From Strigamia acuminata (Eukaryota), in assembly GCA_949358305.1 (NCBI GenBank), contig OX442314.1:10788001-10852000 (forward strand): DNA of 64,000 nucleotides, given 5' to 3'. The translations under genes and the position numbers were made by a program. The notes beneath the pieces were generated by a model. It had not been told where the DNA came from, searched no databases, and saw only the letters and a list, made by a program, of their open reading frames with translations. This document shows, piece after piece, positions 56,093-64,000 of this stretch (position 1 is its first letter; each line of letters opens with the position of its first letter).

Positions 56093-57814
56093 AAACGCAT
56101 TCGAGAATATTTATTGAATGACAAGGTTGTTGGGATACCACAATCTGAAATAAAAGAATGGAAAAACAAAGTCAAAAACTATTGTTTAGACAAAAAAGAA
56201 GTTGATGGTGATCAAATGATCATCTTTTTTAACCCTTCGTTCGAAGAGGAATTAAACGATTCGGGAAATGGCTTTAAAGCCGTTGTACCCAGTGCACTCG
56301 TAAAGCGAGTACTCTTCGCTTGTCATGGCCACCCCCTAAGCGGTCACGCTGGGATGAGTAAGACGCTTGAGAAAACGCGTTTAATATATTTCTGGCCTGG
56401 TATGAGTAGAAGTGTCAGGAACTACGTCAAAAGCTGCACGCACTGTGCTCAGTACAAACCTATTCAACAGAAAAGGCACGCAGCTCCGTACACACCACAC
56501 AACATGACCAATCCTTGGGAATGTATTAACATGGACTTGATGGGCCCAAAACCCGCGGGAAGGTCCCAAAACCAGTATATTTTTGTCATTATTGACAATT
56601 GTACCAAGTTCGTTGAAATTAAGGCTTTGACAAAAGCCACGAGCGCTAACTGCGTTCAAGAATTAAGATCTGTTACAAACAGATGGGGACACCCCAAAAA
56701 GATTGTGAGCGATAACGGAAAACAATTTGTTTCCGATATTTACAATGAGTATTGCGAGATGTACAACATTCGCCCGTCTCATACGAGCACGTATCATGCC
56801 CAGGCGAACCCGACAGAGCGAGCCAATAGAGATATAAAGACGATGCTGGCTTTGTACACAGATGTGCACACGCAATGGCCACGATATTTAGACGAATTCG
56901 CGTTCGCGATGAGAAATAATGTCTCAGCGGCAACGGGCTCAAGCCCGATGTTACTGAACACGGGACGAATCGTAACATTACCTTTCGACCCAAGGATTAT
57001 TAAACATGCCAATCCATTTGACAAAGAAAATCCAGAAAAATATGTCAGAGTACTATTGGATGTATTGCGCAGATCGCATCAAGAGATGCATCGCAGAATT
57101 CAATTGAATTTTGAACGACATAGGAAAATACACGAACAAAAGTTCGTAATTACGGAGTTTGAAGTTGGAGATTTAGTTTGGAAACAAACTCACATTCTCT
57201 CGTGCGCAGATAAAAATATTTCTGCTGGTTTCGCAGAGAAGAGAGATGGTCCGTGGGAGATTACTAAAGTACTTCCAGGCGGAGCGTATAAATTACGCAA
57301 ATTAGCTGATGGTTCGATTGAAAAATCAGTGAACATTAAAGCGTTGTACCCCTATACGCCCTCATACCCGGTTGAGACTTGGAAAGTAGGACAAAAGTCC
57401 GCCTCTTACTCGCCTCAAGAAAATCCTAAATGGATGGACGAAAGTAATCAACTTCCGGATGCTGAAGAAATGGAATTAATTCCTGAAACTTCTTCAGAAA
57501 TTCCAATGGAATTGTCCGACTCAACTCCAGTGCAGATTGACAAATCTGCGCCCACAAAGTCTAAACATAGACATAGACAACGCTTAACTGCTATAGAAAA
57601 GAAAGCGGCGTTGAAAAGAGGCGAAGTTCCAAAGAAACCGCCTCGAAAACCCCGCAAACCCCAACCGATAGTTCCACGAACTAGCACTCGTCCACGACGA
57701 GAACGAAAACCAAATCCTAAATATGCAGATGAAAATTTCGTGCGAAACATCACTGCAGTATTTAAAAAACCATACCAACAACGAGGAAAAGCCTCAAAGT
57801 TCTGTTGGAATTGA
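56093..57814 (+). CDS. pol: Integrase part of pol, copy 2
   Basis: Identical to 5491-7212. Confidence 0.93.
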   Translation, partial: KRIREYLLNDKVVGIPQSEIKEWKNKVKNYCLDKKEVDGDQMIIFFNPSFEEELNDSGNGFKAVVPSALVKRVLFACHGHPLSGHAGMSKTLEKTRLIYFWPGMSRSVRNYVKSCTHCAQYKPIQQKRHAAPYTPHNMTNPWECINMDLMGPKPAGRSQNQYIFVIIDNCTKFVEIKALTKATSANCVQELRSVTNRWGHPKKIVSDNGKQFVSDIYNEYCEMYNIRPSHTSTYHAQANPTERANRDIKTMLALYTDVHTQWPRYLDEFAFAMRNNVSAATGSSPMLLNTGRIVTLPFDPRIIKHANPFDKENPEKYVRVLLDVLRRSHQEMHRRIQLNFERHRKIHEQKFVITEFEVGDLVWKQTHILSCADKNISAGFAEKRDGPWEITKVLPGGAYKLRKLADGSIEKSVNIKALYPYTPSYPVETWKVGQKSASYSPQENPKWMDESNQLPDAEEMELIPETSSEIPMELSDSTPVQIDKSAPTKSKHRHRQRLTAIEKKAALKRGEVPKKPPRKPRKPQPIVPRTSTRPRRERKPNPKYADENFVRNITAVFKKPYQQRGKASKFCWN

Positions 57815-58864
57815 TAAGTTTTACTCAAAACTTGGAGACTGTAATTATTTACATGTCTGACAGGTGTAGTGATTTATAATCTCAACACCGGGGGACAAGA
57901 TATTACGATATTTATTGAAATTTATATTAAAATATGAATTTGTTGCGATGAATTAAATATTCGATAGAATATTTTAATTTTTTGGTTGTATTTACATGTA
58001 TTTTAACTAAAATACAGAGAATTACTTTGAAAAGTGATGTTCTCGCCTCTTCACGAGGATACGAGATTTACGAGGTGTGATTAAACCTCGAACCCGATAA
58101 TTAATAGGGAATAAAATTCCCAGGGTTCATTGCACACAAACACTTCGTAAAACACGTGGATATAAGTGACTTCGTCCCTTCGTCCCTCTTCACTTTTCGA
58201 CTCGAGATTTCAACGCTAATTCATTTAGTCGACTCAAGCAGGAAAACTAGCTTCAACCGTAAGTAGTTTTCAATAATATTCTTTGACTAAAGAATTTAAA
58301 AGAATTGTTCGCAACAATTGGTAAAATATCGGCGTCCCGATAAAAGTTAAAAAATTCACGTGTATTATAAGCGTGAATCGGCATTAAATCACTCTGGAAG
58401 TTTAGCTATTCAGTCGAATAGTTGGGTTAAATTTAATAATTATTTATTAAGTTTAAGTACGTGGGCACTAATTATTTAAATCAAGTCGCGGTCGAGGCTT
58501 GCATAAATTATTTAGCGGTGAATTTTCGATTTGAGATATTTATTAGACTAAGTGTTAATTAATTAATACGAAAGTTATCTTTGATATTCGAAAAGTTGGA
58601 TTAAATAGTTTAAAGAAACTAAGGGAATTTTTTTCTTTTGAAAATCAACAAGTTGCGATTTTCGATGAAAATCCCTGTCGGCGAGTCCATTCTCGTGTCA
58701 TAAACACAAGGGGAATGTGACTCATTAGTGTCACGTGTTAAGGGTTATAAATAACTCGAGTTGTGTATTTTCGTTGCGAACAATACGTTTTAATTCTTTG
58801 GACTCAAGGAATGACTATTTAGAGTGGAATTATTTTTAATAAAATAATTTATTTGCGTCTGCAG

Positions 58865-60370
58865 ATGGGAAGTGATAAGCACCGTTCAAAACGGAGTCAT
58901 CGACGACACCGACATGAAAGCTCCAGCTCGTCCACCTCGTCTAGTGACGAGCAACGCCGTTCAGCAGAACGTGCTTACATGAGGGCCCAACCGATACCGA
59001 CGGCGCCCGCCTCGATGTACGCCTTGACGCCGCTGCAACTCGCAACGCTTAATTGGCTGAGCGTCCATCCGGACGGACTTCCGCTCGACTTAAATGCGAT
59101 GATGCAGGCCCCATCCACATCTGCACAGCCAACCGTTTATGAGTCGGCGCAATTGGCCCCGCTGGCCCAGGTGGCGTATCCGCCCACAAACGTTATCAAC
59201 GTCCCGTTGGCCCCGCATTCACCCGAATTTCGGCCGCCAACTGCAAGCGTGGCGCCCACCGTCGCCAACACGTCGAATGCGGCTGCACCGACTGTGACGG
59301 GACAATCAGCGTCTGTTACGCATCTTCCTGCTGGTGCTGAGTCTTCTGCATCAGAATACGGATGGAATGAGCCGCCGCCGGGCGCATTGCGTTATTCGGA
59401 GCCTGTTTCTCGCAACCGCGAGTACCGAGCGGCCAACAAGGCAAGAAAGAAGGACGAGAAGGCCCGCCTGCGCAAGGAGCAGTGCGAACGAGACATGGCA
59501 GCCGGAATACCTCACGATAACATCGTGACGGACCAGGCCACAGAGACGATCTGCCCATTTTGCGTCGGCTGTGGGTGGTGCTGCGGTGCATCCGCAGGTT
59601 CTTCTCTAATGCGTTGTCCAAACTGCCGTGGAAGGAAAACGCGACCGCGTTCGGAGCCGTGGCGCAAGGAGGTTCAGCCCCACGTAGTTAAAGGCATTAA
59701 GCCTAACGAGAAGCGATGTTGGGCTCACTGCCCAAAGTGCCGACTTCGTGGCGAAGCGGTTTACATCGACCCGCGCTTCCTCACCTGGGCCCGCGCTGAA
59801 GCCAACGCCGGTGTACGAGTCGAACTCCTTCGACAGTCGCCGCCGCCATCCGAGGACTCCGAAGTTTCTACTGAAACTGTCCAAGCCGTCGAGAGCGCAG
59901 GAAGCGAGGTGCAAGAGGAATTCGTTCGACCAAGAGCGATGTCGCGAGGGCGAGGCTGTCTTACGCTCGACCGAGCAAAGGAAATTGCCAAGGTTCAACG
60001 AACCAATATCTTGGCACGAGGGCGAGCTCGTAAGCTTCAACAGGCTGTAGAAGCGTCGTCTAAACCCGTGGAGGATCCTCCAGCGGCCGTAACCGACGCG
60101 TCCAGCGCCCCTCCAGCGTCTAAGTCTGAGACTTCGGACGACGCTCAGTTCGAGGATGCAGAAGAGCTGCTGTCCGTCGTTGATTTCGTGGCCGAGCTCC
60201 TCGACGACATGCCGTTTCCGCCGCCGAGTCCAGGCGAGATGGAAGCTTCTGTAGAAGCCGTGTTTTCTGCCGCCTCGACTGAAGCGACGGAAGAGTCCGA
60301 TTTTCTGACTTCTGCTGAAGTCGAGAAGAAGGAAGAGAAAGTTTCGACTGACGTCGAAAAGAAGGATTAA
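58865..60370 (+). CDS. Gypsy accessory ORF3, copy 2
   Basis: Identical to 8263-9768. Confidence 0.85.
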   Translation: MGSDKHRSKRSHRRHRHESSSSSTSSSDEQRRSAERAYMRAQPIPTAPASMYALTPLQLATLNWLSVHPDGLPLDLNAMMQAPSTSAQPTVYESAQLAPLAQVAYPPTNVINVPLAPHSPEFRPPTASVAPTVANTSNAAAPTVTGQSASVTHLPAGAESSASEYGWNEPPPGALRYSEPVSRNREYRAANKARKKDEKARLRKEQCERDMAAGIPHDNIVTDQATETICPFCVGCGWCCGASAGSSLMRCPNCRGRKTRPRSEPWRKEVQPHVVKGIKPNEKRCWAHCPKCRLRGEAVYIDPRFLTWARAEANAGVRVELLRQSPPPSEDSEVSTETVQAVESAGSEVQEEFVRPRAMSRGRGCLTLDRAKEIAKVQRTNILARGRARKLQQAVEASSKPVEDPPAAVTDASSAPPASKSETSDDAQFEDAEELLSVVDFVAELLDDMPFPPPSPGEMEASVEAVFSAASTEATEESDFLTSAEVEKKEEKVSTDVEKKD

Positions 60371-61112
60371 AAGGGACAAAATTAACATTCGTTATTTTTT
60401 CTGAGTGGAAATATTTTTGACTAAAAAATATTCCAAGTGTTTTGTTGTGTTTTTGCAATTACGAAATATTCCCACGAGTATTGTGTTTGTTTGTTTCAAG
60501 ATCTTGAACTAATCATTAAATACTCAAACGAGTATAGTTTAATTTAAAATTGGATTCAATTTAATTTGTTCTGTTTTCGAATTCAATTTGGATGTTTATT
60601 TGAATTAATCATATTAATATCTGTGTGATTGTTTAGTTTATTTTTCATAATTATTTGTGGAAATTGTGTTTGTTTTGCTTTGATTGAAGCGTTGAAGAAT
60701 TTCAAGTTGAAATTCGTTAATTTTTTATGACAATCGTAATAAAAAATTAGTAGTTTAGATTTTCGATAAATAAAGTTTTGCATAAATTTATTTTTATTGA
60801 TTATCTTGTTGATTAATAAGCTATGAATAAGTTTATTTGACGGAGAAATAAAATTTCTATCGAAATTTGTATTTTCTCGAACATGTATCCATGTTCGGAC
60901 GAGTTCATTTCCGTCGCTTAGCAACCGGGAGTTGCGCTGTACAGAGAAGCCGATTAGTCTAATCGGGTGACGAAGTTTCTGAAAGAAATAACGTGATTAA
61001 GTTAATAAAATACTTACCAAGTGGATTAATTCGATAGAATTAGGTGAACATTCTTATCCATTAAGAATGACAATCGAGAGTTAGTAAACTCTATGCTTGT
61101 CACCGGGGGATG

Positions 61113-62855
61113 TGTGATGATTACAAATCAGTATTTATCAATGTTCACAATAGATGGCGCTGTTTAACAAACGCGCGCAATTCAAACTCGACGAAACTAA
61201 AAAACGTAATAAATTATTACTTGGACACGGTGAATAAAATATAACTATTTTATTCAATATAAATTAAGTATTATTTACTTGACAATGTTGATTCTATCGA
61301 ATCAATATCCACATTACTTACCTGTCGAAGGGAACCAATCGGACCCTTCCGGACCCCAACTGGGCCCATCTGGACATAGTCATATATTAGGTCCGGACTA
61401 GTGACCCACGAATCCGCCGATTCGTACGCTGATTGGCTGTCGCCAATCTAGTAGTTCTACAGAACTATATAAGCTCCAGTTTCTCACTTCCCCCTGGCTG
61501 GATAACTGAACTTGTATATTGTCTGTAGTTGAATTGTTATCGTTTGATTTCATTATTCTCTATCGACACATCAGGCCACCTCAGCTCTCCACAGTTAGTA
61601 TTCATTACTATTTTGTTATTGCTGTTGTAGGGCTATTTCGGGAAGGCTAACTCCGGTAATAGACATGCATTCGCATGAAATGGCCCCGTAACGTTAGCCA
61701 GCTGTTCTACGGGACAGTAGGACTTCGTACGGTGGCTTAATATAACGGTCGTATACAGTACGACCTTGCTAAATGAAAGTAGGTCCCTCAGCTAACTGGC
61801 CACAGTCCGCTGCAGGATGGTTGTTGTAAACAGCCCACGCAGGTTCCCGTCTTTCTACGATTGGTCCTTCCGCTCGTTAAAAGTCGGTAAAAGCCTAATA
61901 TGCAGGTAACACGCCGGGTTGGTAGCCCGTGAGTAATATCCGTGAAGATGTTGCGTTAAATAACTACCTGGATAATGGTAATCCAACGGCAGTGGCCGAT
62001 TAATATTTACCCGGTGCTCGATCAGTGGATCCCGCCATCGTAAGGCATGCTGGCGGATGGAGGAGTCAAATCCTCCCGCGATGTTTCTCTCGACCGTCGT
62101 GACGGTCCCCGCCCCATCGTACCCTCCGGGTTAGTAACCCGTGAACAGGAGTTGAACAACACTGTGTTAAATAAATTACTCGGGCATTGGTAATCCTGTA
62201 TTGGCAATATCTTTTAAACCCGGTAAGTCCATAGAAATGTTTACCTGGTGGTTAGTACCACCGATAGCGAATTAAAGCGTACAATTAAATACTCGGCGCC
62301 TGATCACGAGATCTTGTCGTCGTAAGGCATGCTGGCGGATGGAGTCTCAACAACTCCCGCGACGTTCTCTCAATTGTCGTGACGGTCCCCGCCCAATTAT
62401 TATTTATATAACAATTCATTTGTTATATTACTTTAATCACTTTACTTTTATTCATTTGGAACATGGAATATTCTGCCGAATATTCCGATTAATGCGAAGG
62501 ACTCTTCGCATGTTTAGATACTCGAGCTGCGGACCAAATGCGTCTCCGTAGCGCTATTTGTGACGATGCCGCAAGTCAGCCGTATCCCTTTGGCTTCGCC
62601 CGGATCCTCAACCAGTTGATGCCGCCCGTTTACACGCGTCAAGAACCCATCTTTGTTAAACCATCAATATTTAGTAATAAATATGTTATGTCATACTAAA
62701 ACTGTAAGTTATTTCTACTCTGTCACGTATTCATATTAGTCAAGGCTTCCGTAGCTTATCTCGGTTAGGTTGTTGCTAAACTTAGCAACGTCTTGTATAA
62801 ACCGAATTATCTATCTCACGGACTAATAAATTAGCCCAAAAGTAGAATCGTCACA
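61113..62855 (+). repeat. 3' LTR of Gypsy copy 2
   Basis: Matches 10511-12253. Confidence 0.97.
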
Positions 62856-62916
62856 AATTTCAAGAATTAATGCTAAAAAGTTGAAGCACAACTTTAAACT
62901 ACACAAATACACATTT

Positions 62917-64000
62917 TTAATCCAGATAAGTTTCTATTAAATCTGTTTTTTCTTCTTGACTATAACCGCTCCTAACCAGCGGAAGACCGCGTTGTATCAA
63001 GTAATAAAAAGATATGCACCTCATGCAATAACTGATGTCTTGTGAATTGACAACAGAATATTCCACAAATCTTGCCATTAAAAACTCATGATATGCCAAG
63101 TTGGAATCTGCGCACAAACTGTAAGCGAGGCAAAAGCAAAATTCCTTGAACACAACCATTTCATTTTCCAGTAAAGAATTTCTTTGAGTGACACAAATAA
63201 GTTCCAAAAAATCGCTATCCAGCTTTCCAGCTTCACACGTATCGATAATTTCAGATATTTTGTAAAAACTAATCAGCACCGGATCTTGAAGGTCTCCAGC
63301 TCCCTGCACCTGTTTTTTAATAAAGTCAAATACAATTTTGTTGGTCTCAAAATTCTCAAACCCCCGCCCAAAAAAACTCGCCAGTCGACACAAACTTTCT
63401 TCTAATTCGGATGCAACCGCCTCACTCATTTCTTCGGATGCAATTTCGGGAAGCCAGTTTCGAAATGCAGCGACATTTTTGCATTCCACTGTTTCGCTGG
63501 TGAAGTGATGAATGAGAACCGATTTCTTAATCCTGCTTATATCACTCGAATTCGAGAAAGAAAAATTCAAAAATCTATCAAGTTTCGTCCACTTGTTCGC
63601 TCTTATTTCGTTGTGAAGCAACGTGCGACAGATCTCGTTCGCTAAGTAGGAACAATGCTCTTTAAAAGTTGTCATTTCACTCTCAGTCGTGATGTATTTA
63701 TTTGCAATCGACTCCAAAAAATCCCAATGGAAATCATACGTTTTTTTAAAAAGTAAGTGAGCAACACATCTGTCCAAAATAATTCTTCTCTTTTTGATGT
63801 CCGTATCGTTAAGCAATAATAAATGGAAATTATCATAATCTTGCATCTCGCAAAGCATGTAGTGCACGAACGAATATTCAATCTCGTAACAACAATTCCT
63901 CATTTCCTCGGGAGCATTTCTCCAAAAACGAATCAAACAGTCCTTGACTTTGTCTCCTTTGGACCAAGAACGAACAGACTTGCTCATCACCTCATAGAAA
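62917..64000 (-). CDS. Tandem family gene 1 duplicate (C-terminal part; runs off the window)
   Basis: Identical to 12315-13398. Confidence 0.88.
   Translation of the reverse strand, partial: FYEVMSKSVRSWSKGDKVKDCLIRFWRNAPEEMRNCCYEIEYSFVHYMLCEMQDYDNFHLLLLNDTDIKKRRIILDRCVAHLLFKKTYDFHWDFLESIANKYITTESEMTTFKEHCSYLANEICRTLLHNEIRANKWTKLDRFLNFSFSNSSDISRIKKSVLIHHFTSETVECKNVAAFRNWLPEIASEEMSEAVASELEESLCRLASFFGRGFENFETNKIVFDFIKKQVQGAGDLQDPVLISFYKISEIIDTCEAGKLDSDFLELICVTQRNSLLENEMVVFKEFCFCLAYSLCADSNLAYHEFLMARFVEYSVVNSQDISYCMRCISFYYLIQRGLPLVRSGYSQEEKTDLIETYLD

Larger units (their letters stand above)
48505..62855 (+). mobile_element. Ty3/Gypsy LTR retrotransposon, copy 2, full length (14,351 bp)
   Basis: LTRs at 48505-50247 and 61113-62855; TSD AATT (48501-48504 / 62856-62859); empty site TAGCGAATTTCAAG at 19851. 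Confidence 0.98.
50603..64000 (+). repeat. Direct duplicate of 1-13398 (period 50,602 bp)
   Basis: All ORFs identical at a constant offset, including host gene 1 beyond the LTR. Confidence 0.97.

Overview
AT-rich eukaryotic (invertebrate, probably arthropod) genomic DNA with no prokaryotic features. Positions 1-13398 recur at 50603-64000 (period 50,602 bp). The window has four main components. (1) A young 14.35-kb Ty3/Gypsy LTR retrotransposon, complete at 48505-62855, with a second copy cut by the window start. It has 1743-bp LTRs, an AATT target-site duplication (TSD), a tRNA-Gln primer-binding site (PBS), a -1 gag-pol frameshift signal and an in-frame TGA before integrase. It also carries a non-Env, Cys-rich third ORF that appears to have its own TATA/Inr promoter and 5'UTR intron, and each LTR holds a duplicated four-way-junction RNA motif. 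(2) A minus-strand tandem array of ~700-aa single-ORF genes of unknown function with an N-terminal BC/SOCS-box-like motif: six intact copies, one inverted pseudogene and several truncated paralogs. They are interleaved with plus-strand remnants of an MPEG1/perforin-2-like last exon. (3) A BEL/Pao LTR element (40572-47746, minus strand, tRNA-Phe PBS) inactivated by a stop codon and nested MITEs. (4) Several non-autonomous DNA transposons with TA, TTA, TTAA and 8-bp TSDs. All family assignments come from motifs recognised by eye; no database search was run.
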